Shown here: in pieces, positions 13,066-25,804 of the stretch
How positions within the stretch are numbered: the stretch's first letter is position 1
Layout: each line of letters begins with the position of its first letter
From: Magallana gigas
Lineage: Eukaryota
NCBI RefSeq assembly: GCF_963853765.1
Contig: NC_088853.1
Location: 53,258,001-53,322,000 of the forward strand
DNA: 64,000 nt
Direction of reading: 5' to 3'
Notes under the pieces: model-generated
The model's input: only the letters and a program-made list of their open reading frames with translations
What the model was told of the DNA's origin: nothing
Databases searched by the model: none
Made by a program: the position numbers and the translations under genes

Positions 13066-15421
13066 CTACTGAATAGGTTCTTCAATGTCATACTTTTCTG
13101 CAATCTCTTTCAAAAGGGGAGCCTGTAAATTAACAAGGGCCACACAAAGTTGAAATATTTTAGTGGATAGGTGTCTATACTGTGACGGAATATGGCTCAG
13201 AATTTCAAAGTTCTTTATTCTTTCATTTGCCCGCTCCACATGGATTCTGCTTCTGCCTATTTTATAGCACAGTTGAGCTTCTTCCTTAGTGAAATGTGAT
13301 TTGCTAGTGAGGAAAGGCGGGATATTTAGGGTGACACCATTTGGAAGTTTGTCAAAAATGTTGAATCCTTTGTCAGCCAGGATCATATCACCAGCTTGCA
13401 GCTTCTCTAATATGCCACAATGGTCCACTATTGCGGAGTCTGAGGTTGATCCAGGATAAAGATCGGAACAGAACACAAGAGCAGCATTAGGTGCAACACA
13501 AGTTAAAGCCTTTACTGTGTGGTGACTCTTGTAGTTACTGTATGCCAGTGACTGGCTATTCATATCTGTTGGGATGTCTTGTGTCACTTCTGTGGCGTCC
13601 ATTGCAATTCTAGCCGATGAAAATTCTTCAAATGACTTTGGCATGGATCCTTGGCATTTCAGTTGACTTGGTATTCCGACAGCTTTCATGACCCCTTCAA
13701 ACAAAATTTCATGCAGGGCATGCACAAATGTGTTGATAATATTGGACACAGTAGCACGACTAGTGTTGAACCTCTCTGCTAAATCAAGGTCCCTGCAGTT
13801 GAGTCGTAACTTCATTAATGTCATCAACAACTGATCGCTGACACTAAAGTTCACCACAGTCCAACCACCATAATAATTGAACGGGCCCATTCTCTCCACG
13901 AGGTTCTCCAAAATGTAAAAGGTATCTGCAGAAAATGATGTATACAGCAGCATCTGTACAAAAAGAAACCAACAACAACAATCACATTTATGTTATTAAA
14001 ATACTGTTGAATAAAGTTTTCAAATATGCAAGCCAATAAGGAAATCTTTATACATGTACTGCAAAAATCTATAGTTTTCATTGTAACATACCTTTTCAGG
14101 GTCATTAATTATGTTCCCAATTGTCATGGACGGTTTTTTAAGCTTCAGCATGTTAATTTCTTGCTGCAACTTTACTAATTCCTCTTCCATATGTTTAAGG
14201 GATGCTGGAAGAATAACAACTGTTTACAATATATAAAGTCCCTAGTATACATGTTTATAAATATACAAACACATAGAAACACTTTGCTTGGAAGCATAAA
14301 AACACCGATAAAGGAGTATCACATTTTCTGTTTAATGTAAAAGTACTAAACGTATATATACATTGTACATGCATTTGTATCTGGTTGTGTTAACACATTT
14401 TACACCATGTCGGTACCTTTATTATGTTGAGGACTTCAAGTTGCATACTCGTGATCATGAAGTACAGTTATGCTGTCTGGTACAGTAATATTGGAATTGG
14501 CCTCAACTTCAGCCTCAGCTCCCACATCTATGTTTGAAGCAGATATTTCCTCTACAGCAGGTTTCATAATTTTGCGTCTATGAAGAAATAAGAGACTAGC
14601 ATATTACATGATCTGCCTTTTCACTTGATGCTGCTATAGTATTGCATTTTCTTCTTGTGAATTTTCAGTAAAATATTTTTTTAATGCACGCACCAGTATG
14701 TAAAATGAATGTTCAATCAGATCATTATAAACATACAATATTCATGTGCATATTCATTGTAGATGGATAACCTGCATGTACTTAAATCTGACATTATATC
14801 TTCACATTTATCTTTTGCATTACAGTTTACATGTAAACATGTTTTATAAATACATATAATATATGATAACACAATCTGTCTCCTAAATGTAATCATACAT
14901 GTATGTAGTATAACTGGTAATGAAATATTTGTATTTTGTGGAACTGCGGATTTTCTGATACCTTTTTGGTATGGCTACATCTGGAAAACATCCAAAGTTT
15001 TTACTATAACTGAATATAGTTGGTCCATTCTCTTTCTTGCCATCGAGAAAATGGCAGCTGCAAATCCTGTCATTTGGATTATAATCTCTGTCTGCTCTCC
15101 TAAAATTACGTGTTTTAACGATAAGTAAAATGTTTAGGCTCAAGTATTCTTAATTGTGCATTAAACTCAAATGAAATCTTTAATCAATCATTTATTTAAA
15201 CCTTTTAATCAATTTAATAGGGTTTTTTTGTTCGGTAGTTTTGACCTGTTGACGTCTGCAACTCTCTTTGACTTTTCAGATATATATTTTGTTATGATTA
15301 CTTACCTACATCGTTCAACCCATCGTTTCCTTTCCCTGACGTCGGTCGGAAATCGGTATAAATTGCACTGCAACTTTTTACCGGTCTTGTGTGTGCAACC
15401 GATGGCAAAACAATATACCAT
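13066..15421 (-). CDS. THAP-HTH-DDE_Tnp_4 transposase of ISL2EU (spliced)
   Basis: Exon 1 [11 protein letters not shown]...LYRFPTD..ERKRW and exon 2 RICSCHF (THAP); ORF 13066-13953 has [23 protein letters not shown] and [12 protein letters not shown]. Confidence 0.9.
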
Positions 15422-17911
15422 ATTATTTCTCTATTTGTTTACCGAGTAGAGGTACCCGGAAGTGGTAAAGCGAAAGTGAAACCAAACGAGACTTACAGAC
15501 CCTATTCCAAAGACAGCTTTTACAATGGAACAGTACATGTTACTGTAAAAGAAAAGGTGTTCGAACCATCATCTCCTTTGTGACACAGCACTGAATCAAT
15601 TTCCATAGTGCGAAAGTATTTTTCACACAATGATGTTGACATGGAAAAACCTATTCTATTGAGAATAACTGATGGCGGTCCTGATCATAGAACCACGTAC
15701 AGATCTGTGCAGTTGTGTTGTCTTCTTGAATTTATTGCATTGGACTTGGACTTTTTTGCTTGCATCAGAACAGCTCCATCAGCAAGTTACTACAATCCAG
15801 CTGAGCGATGCATGTCTACTCTAAATATAGCTCTTCAAAATGTTGCTCTTCAGCGTGGACGAATGATTCCTGGACTTGAAATGCAGACAAAATCATTTAC
15901 CTCTTTGTCAAAACTAAGAAATGCTGCAACTAAAAATGCATGTTTAAAGAAGGAATACAAGAAAGCTATGTCAGTACCAATTGAAATTTTGAAAGAAAGA
16001 TTCTCCAGGCTGAAATGGAAGGGGGAAAGTGTTGTCGTTCATGATGCTGCACAGGAAGACATGATGGTTGATCTCTACAACATCTTTCTTCTGATTGATG
16101 ATGAAGTGAAACCTGAACACGTCTCCAATTTGAGGATGTTGAAATCAGAAAAGATAGATGCATTCCTAGCGAAACATGCACAATCAAGGCACTACAGCTA
16201 CCAGGTATCATATTTCATACAAGTGATTTGTGTTTGTTAAATGAGTTTTAACAATTCTGTTACAGTTTGCTAAGCATTGTTTTCAAAAGTTTCATTTTCA
16301 TTTGTAATGTACCAAATTGAGACATTTTTTGTATATTTACAGATTAAGAAGTGTACAGAAGCTGACTGTGCATACTGCACTTTGAACCCCCCACGCCTTT
16401 CCCAGGAGATGCTGAAAGATCTCCATTTCATACCTGATCCTGTCTTGAAAGAAGATGGTGTGTTTAAGTCTAATGAAGAGACATATGGTACACCGACTAC
16501 AGATAAAGATCGTCCTAGTCTGCAGGAAAAGGTGACAACAACTGAGCGAGACAAACAACTGAAAAATCTCTTGGTTGCGAGTGAGTATTTGACATTATTA
16601 AAAAAAAAATTTACAAAAATAAAATTATCTAAAACGCAGATATTAAACTTTTATGTTAACTTTTGCATTGAACTGTCAATGAGATTAAGAAATTGATTTA
16701 TGTAAATTATTTCTTTATTGATGTGCATGCAATTATAATTATTAAGTTATAAGCAGAGGTATTTGATTAAGACATATTCTTTAAGTATTTTTATTTTTTT
16801 GTAGCCAAAGTCAGAGATTTTGTTGTTTGTTGCGAGTGTGGCAAGCGTAGAGTTGTATATTCCTCCAGAAAGCTTAGCGCTGCTGAGGAGAGGGCTCTTA
16901 TTAGACTTCAGGAAGAACTACTGTACATCTGTGGAAGTCCGCTGTTCCCTGGTGGAGAATTTCAGGATAAGATTGTAGTGCGAGAAGGGATTAATTGCCA
17001 GGCGCCAATAGAGACAACATACTATGCAGGTATAAAATGTATCTTTTTGAAATTATTTGAAAATGAACACTGTTAATCATTACTAAAATCCAGTGACAAA
17101 CAACAATTTTTGACCAAGCTAGATATTATAAGAAACATGCATCATGTGCATTAAAAGTTGTGGTTTTAAAATTGACAATCTTTTGCAGGAAAAACACAGC
17201 TATTTGATGGAATTTGCTTCCATTGTGGAGATATTGAGCCAACCTCAACCCCAGAAATAGAATCCTTGAAGAGGAAGCATGGGATTGTAAGACCCATTTG
17301 CAAAACCTGTTTGCAAATGGGCCACCCAGTTGTGACCAGAAATGCTTTAAAAAAGCAAAAAACAAAATAAAAAAAATAACGGAAACAAATCTGTTTTATT
17401 TTTATTTTTTTTCCCCGACAGAGATTTTTCAATCTTTTATTTTTATTTTTTTTTCCTCCTCCTACCGAAACTGTTTTAAAAATATTTCGTAAATCTAAAA
17501 ATAAAAAAAAATGCTGGCCTAATTTCAAGTTCAATATATACGGGGTAGTGTTGTTCTAGTCGGAATTTTACACCGTAAACAACGACAGAGGAAAGCCTAG
17601 CCGAGAAATAAAAGCAAATTTACATACCTTTTAGCAAATGATTGATAAAACATCTCCCCCAGTATTCTTATGTTCAATTCTAAATAAATCACACCACAAT
17701 ACTTTATTAGAGTTCTTAGATTCGTTAAATTTTGAATTTGAATTACAATGCTTTCCGATCAAAATCACACGACATTCAACTTTTAGTCATGACGTCATCA
17801 ATGTGTAAATCTACGTAGCACAAACTAATTTCTGGATAAAAAAGTGTTTTCAGTTTTTTTTATTTGTTTTTGATCAACGTTTCGTTTCTTAGATATTTGA
17901 ATATGTATATG

Positions 17912-19733
17912 CCCAGATAGCAAGCTTATATTGGCCCAGCGTTGGCCCGATGTTATCATTTATGTGGGCCCGATGTTGGAAAATAACATCGGCCCAATGT
18001 AATTTTGCTCATCGGCGCAGCATTGCACCAACACGCTGGCGTGACGTTGGCCCATTGTCAGTAGATTGACAGTTTTAATGTTGGCCCAATGTTGGGGCAA
18101 CGATTTAATCCAACCAATATTCCCCAAACTTAGTCCTTATAAAACAATCTCACAAAGATTAACAGTAAGTCTAATCTTTATTGTTTTCTCACAGAAATAT
18201 AATCAATATTCAAATTTTCAAATGGTTTTTTATAGTCGATCTATATACTTCCACATCCCTTCAATCTTCTTCATTTGTTTTCTTTACTCCTATTTTCATC
18301 CCCTTTCCCAATCAGATGAATAACGAATCACAGTAAATGCGTTTGGTCACTATGTTTAGTTCAGTTCCACTTTAGTTCTCTAGTTCTGACCTCGTTGATA
18401 ACTTCAAAAGCCCGTTTCTGCAAAATGCTGCTGTAAATTTAAAAAATAATCATATAAAATGGAAAAAAATAAATTGATATAAATAGAATTGCATTTACAT
18501 TATAAAAATAATAATGCAGAAAAAATCCTCAATATATAACGATTTAAAACAAATAAATTTGTTTGCGGGAAGGGGGTCTATTTTACTGTGCACAGTTTTA
18601 ATATGTGTATCAGAAATTTTTTTCCAACATTACTGCTTTTTTACTGTGAATAAGTCAATTTGAATTTTCCGGGGAGGAGGCCAGGGGCGCGGGGGGGGGG
18701 GGGGGTCTTGATATATCCGACCTTCTTTAGATCCGTGTAAGACCCACAGCTTCTGATCTAATATTATCAGCATATCATGCCGATGATTTATCATACAAAC
18801 ATACGAGAGAAGTATTTAATAAAGCTGCATTGAGGATAATTATATCATTTTGCCATGACATATTCTGATCATCTCACATCATTGATAAAAAACTGTGCCT
18901 TTAATCCCTACCCTAAATATTGAATATTATCATAATATTAAATTCAGTTACCTTAGATGTTCCTTAACTTGAGCCGATAAACTGCATGGTTCTATTCATC
19001 TTCACAAATAATATAGGAGACAGCCATGTCACCGAGTTTGAACATCAGCAGGAGGATGTCTGTACAAAAAATTGCCTTTAATTTGCTTTCAAATTTTCAT
19101 TTAAAAGTATTGAGAACATTATTGTATAATAATCACCCATATATGATAAAAATCTGTAAAAGAACATCTGCATACTTACATTATTCCTACAGGCAGCCAT
19201 GATGATAGCATAAGATCAAGTTACTCTGATGGATTTGTCAAAAATGACATCACAGTTCTTTTGGCGGTAATGTTTCATTCACGAGTTCAGAAAAGTTACT
19301 ATGCATTGATGCTGCATTTCATTCAAAGTGTAGACAAGTAAAATGCTTCATGATGGACACACATAATATAGTCATGTACATTTTTAAAAAATTAACTAAA
19401 ATTCTAAATCTGAAATTCATTTGAATACATTTATATTTATAGTAACCGTTATATTTTACACATTTCACACATTTTAGTCCGTCGGCCCGACATCGGTGCA
19501 GTGTATTCGCGCCCACCGAGATCAATTTGATATTGGCCCAATGTTGGCACAATGTTTATGTTCCAACGTTGGATGAACTACGTTGATCCAATATTGGAAC
19601 GATGCCAATGCACCAACAGTGATAAATACAAGGTTGGTCCAATGTTGGTCCAACGTCGTTCAACCAACAGCGATATGTAGCCAACCTTACAACCATAAGC
19701 CAACGTTGGGCCAACATAAGCTTGCTATCTGGG
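17912..19733. mobile_element. Non-autonomous CACTA/EnSpm-like element
   Basis: TIR CCCAGATAGCAAGCTTAT(A/G)TTGGCCCA; TG duplicated on both flanks; subterminal TTGGCCCAA-type repeats. Confidence 0.65.
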
Positions 19734-20028
19734 TGTACATAAGATTTGTGATTTCACGGAATTACATGCAACTCAGATTCCATATGCTTCATCAACACCC
19801 CCGCGAAGTCCTGTAACTGGGTTAAAAAAACCATGAGAGAAAGTTTATGATCCTTTTTCTGTTAATCAAGGAATGACAGGTTTAACATATTTTTGCCCTC
19901 ACGATGGAATTGAATTCAGATTGAAAGAAAATAACGACCGTCATATGGCTACCGCTCATCTTCCTCCTATCAGTACCATTTTTAATATAACATAGAAAAA
20001 AATCCCTATAAAGGACATTTAAAGACAC

Positions 20029-20935
20029 TTTTTATGTCATCTGAGTCACTCAGGTGACCTATTGGCTTTTGTCCGGCGTCGTGCGTAAACAATTTTACAT
20101 GTTTAATTTCTTCTTGAAAAGAATCAGGCCAATTGTTACTATTTTTGGTGTGAAGCATCTCTATGGTAAGAAGAATCAAAAGTGTGAAATCCATGGCTCT
20201 TCCACCCCTGGGCGGGGCCAAATGTGAAAAACCCCCAAAATTTTCAAAAATCTTCTCTACTCCCACGCATGTGAGGAAAAAACTGGTTGCATGGATATGA
20301 TGTCCATGAAGCCCTTTACTAAAATTAAGAAATTTATTGCCCCTCGCTCGGGGGTTTTGGCTCTAGGGTGGAGCCAATATAGCCAAATAGTAAAAATGTA
20401 TTAAATCTTAGAAAATCTTCTTTTCTATTCCCATATGTCTTTGTTAAAAACTAAATGCATGATTATGATGTCCATTAGGCCCTCTATCATAATTGTGAAA
20501 TTCATGACCCCTTGGTCAGGGGTTCAGGCTCTAAGGTGGGGCCAATATGGCCAAATAGTAAAAATGTATTAAATCTTAGAAAATCTTCTTTTCTAATTCA
20601 TGACCCCTGGGTCAGGGGATCTAGGTTCAGGACATGAAGGGGGAGGGGGGGGGGCAATATGGCAATAGGCCCTATAGTGTTAATGCATACCATGTTGAAA
20701 AAGTCTTTTTCTTCTCTATTCTCACACATCTGTATATAAAACTGACTAATAATTATGTTTACCAGGAAGTCCTCTACTGAAATTTTAATTTTCATGGCCC
20801 CTCAAGGATGGGTTTTGACTCTAGGGCAGGGCCAAAATGGATGTATAGATGTTAATGCATATAACGTTAAAAAATTATCTTCCTTACTCCCACACACCTC
20901 AAAAGAAAACTGAATTCATGATTTTGTAGACCTGT
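20029..20935 (+). repeat. Helentron/HINE-type non-autonomous repeat with internal ~166-bp satellite-like monomers
   Basis: 5' TCATCTGAGTCACTCAGGTGA palindrome; AATCTTCT..CTA recurs near 20249, 20414 and 20582. Confidence 0.65.
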
Positions 20936-21142
20936 AGCTCTTTTCACAAAAAAAAAAACTTACGATTAATTTGTATCGTAAGTGAAAACTTAAGTTTTTG
21001 TTCATTTTCACAAATTTTTTTTACATGAATCTTAAGTGTAAAATTTGTCGTAACTTTACGAGAGCTTATACCCCCTCTTAAGTGAAAAAATAAAAACTTA
21101 AGTGCAAATATTTTGTCGTAAGATTATTAATTGACAACAAAA

Positions 21143-23271
21143 ATGGCTGCCTTTTTTCTGCTTTTTGAAAACGATCGAGTATTGAGACGAGAATGTATTT
21201 TTTTTCGGGACCGAATTAATCCACTCGACAGATATACGGACGTAGATTTGGTTGCACGATACCGTTTTCTTGTTCAGCATCCAACCTTTTAGATCATGTG
21301 CGATTCCTGTTTGCATCCAAGTAAGTTTATAATATAAACTTCTTTCTTTACCTCATTTTCATAGAGAGTTTACGGTTCGTAATGAAATTATACTGGCAAT
21401 TTTTTCAGTCCTCTGTAATTTCGCCCCATATGGCATTGAAAAGACAATTTTTGAGTATAATTAAACAGGCACCTGTCAGTATTGATCTATCATACCTTTA
21501 TCAATTTCATTATTTTTATCAATTTATTTCACTATTTAATAACCATAAATATAAGAACACAGAAGAGTTTAATACTTTAAATCATGCATGCAATATGGTT
21601 TATTATATGATATTTAAGCATCATTCTTGATTCTCATTACTCAGCTAAAAAAGAAATATTCCAAACAAAGTAGGTTACACAGCCTTAAACTATCTATGTC
21701 AAATGATAGCCTATATTTTGATAATTCCACTTTTTTGGTAGTTGATTTCCAAGACCCCCCCCCCCCCGAAAAAAAAAGTTTGTGCTATGAAAAGTGTTTA
21801 AGTAAAATATCAATAATTGGGGAATGAAGTAGAGGTGTGGGTGGTAGTTATAATTACTATTAAATTGATAAATATGTGTAAAAATGTTTAAGTTTTTTTT
21901 AGCCCTTCAATCTATTTTACTTTTAAAAGTCTTGAAGAACCCCTAATAAAAGAAAACTGAGCTTCAGAATTCTTTCATATTTCTCCCCCTCCCTATCTGT
22001 AACACCCCACTTAAACAATTGTGTTCTCTCTTTCCTCAGGTGTTGATCACTCTTCGCTTTTTGGCCAAGGGGGACTACTTGTCAGAAGTGGCGGACCTGC
22101 ATGGGGTTTCTGTTCCATCAGCGTCAAGGATTTTACATTCTGTCTGCCAAGCTTTATGTCGACAGCTTTATAACATTATTTTCCCGACTACAGCAGATGA
22201 GCTGAAGAGAGTAAAGGATGGCTTTTATAAAATTGCACATTTCCCAAACGTTGTTGGCACTATAGATGGTACTTTGATACCTATACAGGGAATGTCGGGA
22301 GATGACGAACCGAATTTCATCTGCCGCAAGGGTTTTCCCTCCATCAACGTTCAAGGAGTTGTGGATGCCGACCTTCGGTAAATACTTACTGCCTAAAAAT
22401 ATATATTAAAATCTACATTACAGGTAACGTTTACTCTTATGATAATTTTTGAGAAAGATTACACCAAAAGCAATTCACTTGTCCACTCCTAATCTAACAT
22501 AGATTAGATCTTTGTGCACCTGTAGCGATGTATTTGGAGCGGAACAAAAATCTAGTTTTAATTACATTAGTCAGCTCCAAGAAAGCCATATTACACCCCC
22601 CCCCCCCACCTGCTCACTATCAAAAGAACTATAATAATAGCAGATATGATAAATTAAGGTTCAACTAATCAAGCTTATTCCTTTCAATTTTACAAATGCT
22701 GTTGTGAAGTGGCCCGGATCAACTCATGATTCCTTCATATTGGCCAATTCCTCTGTACCTCAACTTTGAGTGGACCCTGGATATCCCCTGAAGAAATGGT
22801 TGTTGACCCAATTCAATGAACCAAGAGGCATCAAAGAAGAAAATTACAATCAAGCCCATCCACTGCTCAACCAGAAACATAGTGGAAAGGGCGTTTGGGG
22901 TTCTTAAGTGCAAGTTCAGGCTTGTTCATTATTTTTTTGTACATTTATAGGTTGAATTAATTAAGAATAAAATCCACTTCGGGATTCATCCTTGACATGT
23001 TAATTATAACTAATCCATGTGAACATAACGTACTTTCCTTTTTATTTTGAATAGATGCTTGCATAAAACTGGAGGAAGTCTTCAGTTCACTGCCCAAAAA
23101 TGCATCAAAATGATCGAATGCTGCCTAAGACTGCACAATATGGCCATCAATCGAAGACTCCCGCTTGAAGCTGCAGCAGATCCCATCCAGGTTCTGCACA
23201 ACAATGCCGTGTACAGGGGAAATGGAACTTATGGTTTCAGGGTGAGACATACCATTGCTCAGAGGTTTTGA
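21143..23271 (+). pseudogene. PIF/Harbinger (HARBI1-like) transposase, spliced and degenerate
   Basis: RR...FRDRINPLD...DL..RYRF; VLITLRFLAKG; VGTIDGTLIPI; RKGFPSINVQGVVDA; KWPGSTHDS; VERAFGVLK; LHN. Confidence 0.85.
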
Positions 23272-24460
23272 GAACATTATCCATGATAATGTCATGCAAT
23301 ATTCCTTAAATTTATGACATATTGTGTTTAAAATAGTACATATGTGAGTATTCTCACTTAAAATTTGATCATGTAATTTGTCTTATCATATCAAATGAAA
23401 TGTGTATGTATAGTTAATGTATACCTTTAAAACTAGCAAATGTCTTGAAAGGATAATTATGCTCATACAAATGCATGCAATGTAAATAAATGTAAATATT
23501 CTCATCATATTGTGTAATATAATTTATCGTTCTATTTTTGTTCTACATGTAAAACCATATTATTACTAATGTCAGTGTGTATGTGTATTCGTACAAATAT
23601 TCGACTTGCTGTTTACGCAGTACCCGAATTTACTCAACGTAACATTCATTACATACCATGCATACCGTGATACGAGTTGTTGCCTATAATGAATATAGGC
23701 ACGTAACACAGTAATGAAAGTTGATGGGCTAATTGGTTAAAAAAGCGATAGGGTCTGCTCCCCCGACTGATGTGTGTCAAAAGTTATAGTGTGCTAAAGT
23801 GGCACATATCAACATATAGATATAATGTTTTATCGTTAAAATGACAGTGATGTTCTATAGAATTTTTTCCCCTGTACACGCTGCATAGGAAATATGAAAT
23901 TATTTTGCGTTATATCTTGTCAAAATTTTCGTACAATTGCATTAATTGGTGTGAAACAACTACAGTTTTGCTCTTTTATAGTCCTTATTACGCAGTACAG
24001 TTAAGGCGGTCAATAAAAATATGGGCAAATTTCTGTGATGAAAACACGTATACTTTAGTTAAACTGGCATGTCCTTTTTAAAATCAATAACAGTCACTCA
24101 AATGCAATATATTTCTAAAATATATATATATAACAGTACAATATTTTATGTTCATAGTGGTCACGTGATATGGCAGTCGCATGGTACAAGCAGATGTATT
24201 TGTGGTTTTGGGGTCATTTAAAAAATTCAATATTGCAAGGGCATAATCATGTCAAAATTCACAACTGAATTATGAAATAACTTGATGTTATATCGTAGAT
24301 TTTGAAAAACGGTGCGAACTTTTTAAGATAAGAATATTTGTTAGTAGAAACCGTAATTTATAATGCATATGTTGAATAATTTTGAAGGTCACAGGGTTAA
24401 TTTCATTAAAAAATAATTAATTTGTTAGATTTTACAAGGATCGTAGAAGTTTTTAAGTTA

Positions 24461-25804
24461 CAGTCATTGGACAAAAGTATTCGTCGGTGACGTCAAAATG
24501 GCGGCGATTTGTTTACATTAACTACTCAATAAAAACTACTCTCCTGATTTTAATATTCGTTGTCTTACCTTAATATTTTGTGAGATTGCCCTTCATTTTA
24601 ATAACTTCTAGAAGACGGGTTAGAATTGTGGCATACAGCTGACGAACATATTCTACCGATAGGTTTTGCCAGAATCGCGTCACTTCCGCGATCAGCTGGT
24701 CTTTAGACTCGATGGTGTTTCTTGTAGATTGCAGGCGTCTTTTAAGTTTCAACCAAATATTCTCAATGATATTGATATCGGGAGACCGAGCTGGCCATGA
24801 TGTAGTGTTTATATTATTTTCTTCCATATATGCACTGAGTAATCGGGATCTATGAACGGGGGCATTGTCATCTTGAAACACATAATTTCCATGAGGAAAA
24901 TGTCGAACAATAACGGGCCACAAATTGTTTTCTAATATATCAATATATTTTTCGGAGTTGATATTACCATTTACACTGGTCAATGTTCCAACACCATCGT
25001 AACAAATACAACCCCATATCATAACAGACAGTTTGCTCTTCGATGGCGCGCACACGAGATGGGGGTTGTCAACTTCATCGGTCTTTCGCCAGATATATAC
25101 ACGGTTGTTATCACCTATTACTACCTGACATTCATCACTGAATACCCAGTTCGTCCAGTGATCATCAACAGTCCAGTTTTTTCTTTCTCTGCACCACGAG
25201 ACGCGTTTTTTCCTGTTACATACTCTGACGATCATCTTCTTTTTCTGCACCCGTCTATTATATCCCATTTTAAATAATTTTCTCCTGACAGTCTTTGAAC
25301 AGAAAGTAGAATCCTTTGCATTATTTATTTCACTCGTTATGTCATCCAGTGTCCCTCTCCTGTTACTTTTCATGATTCTTGAAAGTTGGACTTCATCGCG
25401 CACGGAGAACTTCGGCTTCCGCCCAGATCGATGCCTGTTTTCCACACTTCCATGAACTTCAAATTTTTTAATAATACTAACAATAGTAGTCCTAGGTATT
25501 CCCAACAACCTCCCAATTTCTGCCTTCTCCGTCTTGTAAGCTTCTATAACTTTCATTCTTACTGCCACCGGAATTTCCTCTAACTTACGAGGGGGCATTT
25601 TCCCAAGCTTTGTTTATGGATTATTTTGACAGCCGACAAAAATTGTAAACTCTGACGTTATCTAAAAACTATGACGTATTTATGGGAAGAAATTCCGAAC
25701 CCGACGTGCTTTCTATAAATAGCACGATACAAAAATAGCCGCGACGAATTTACAACATCAAAGGCATTTTGACGCCAGCAACGAATACTTTTGTCCAATG
25801 ACTG
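24461..25804 (-). mobile_element. Full-length Tc1-family transposon (1344 bp)
   Basis: TA-flanked; ~40-bp TIR whose first 24 bp CAGTCATTGGACAAAAGTATTCGT are identical at both ends. Confidence 0.95.
24570..25598 (-). CDS. Tc1 transposase, DD34E, uninterrupted 342 aa
   Basis: HTH GIPRTTIVSIIKKF, GRKPK linker, VFSDE, FQDDNAPVH, WPARSPDINIIE; 34 residues between D and E. Confidence 0.95.
   Translation of the reverse strand: MPPRKLEEIPVAVRMKVIEAYKTEKAEIGRLLGIPRTTIVSIIKKFEVHGSVENRHRSGRKPKFSVRDEVQLSRIMKSNRRGTLDDITSEINNAKDSTFCSKTVRRKLFKMGYNRRVQKKKMIVRVCNRKKRVSWCRERKNWTVDDHWTNWVFSDECQVVIGDNNRVYIWRKTDEVDNPHLVCAPSKSKLSVMIWGCICYDGVGTLTSVNGNINSEKYIDILENNLWPVIVRHFPHGNYVFQDDNAPVHRSRLLSAYMEENNINTTSWPARSPDINIIENIWLKLKRRLQSTRNTIESKDQLIAEVTRFWQNLSVEYVRQLYATILTRLLEVIKMKGNLTKY

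Larger units (their letters stand above)
9141..15503. mobile_element. Complete ISL2EU (IS5/PIF-Harbinger-related) DNA transposon
   Basis: Perfect 18-bp TIR AGGGTCTGTAAGTCTCGT (9141-9158 / 15486-15503), AT target duplication, two convergent genes (YqaJ exonuclease and THAP-DDE transposase). Confidence 0.9.
6575..17370 (+). pseudogene. Spliced Zator-like DDE transposase, split by the insertion at 9141-15503
   Basis: SLDDKAIVPIGEPG, LDHDF, ITDGGPDHR and TAPSASYYNPAERCMSTLN motifs; Cys-rich C-terminal exons; GT-AG introns; frameshifts and stops. Confidence 0.75.
6055..17556 (+). mobile_element. Zator-like (TP36/IS630-related) DNA transposon interrupted by an ISL2EU insertion
   Basis: 16-bp perfect TIR GAACAACACTACCCCG (6055-6070 / 17541-17556) flanked by TA on both sides; subterminal inverted match AGGCCAGCATTTTTT near 6300 and 17510. 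Confidence 0.7.

Noticed and set aside
20240-20900. Regularly spaced repeats here and at 57740-58420 as a CRISPR-like array
   Set aside because: Long degenerate satellite monomers within Helentron-type repeats; no short identical repeats with unique spacers, no cas genes, eukaryotic context
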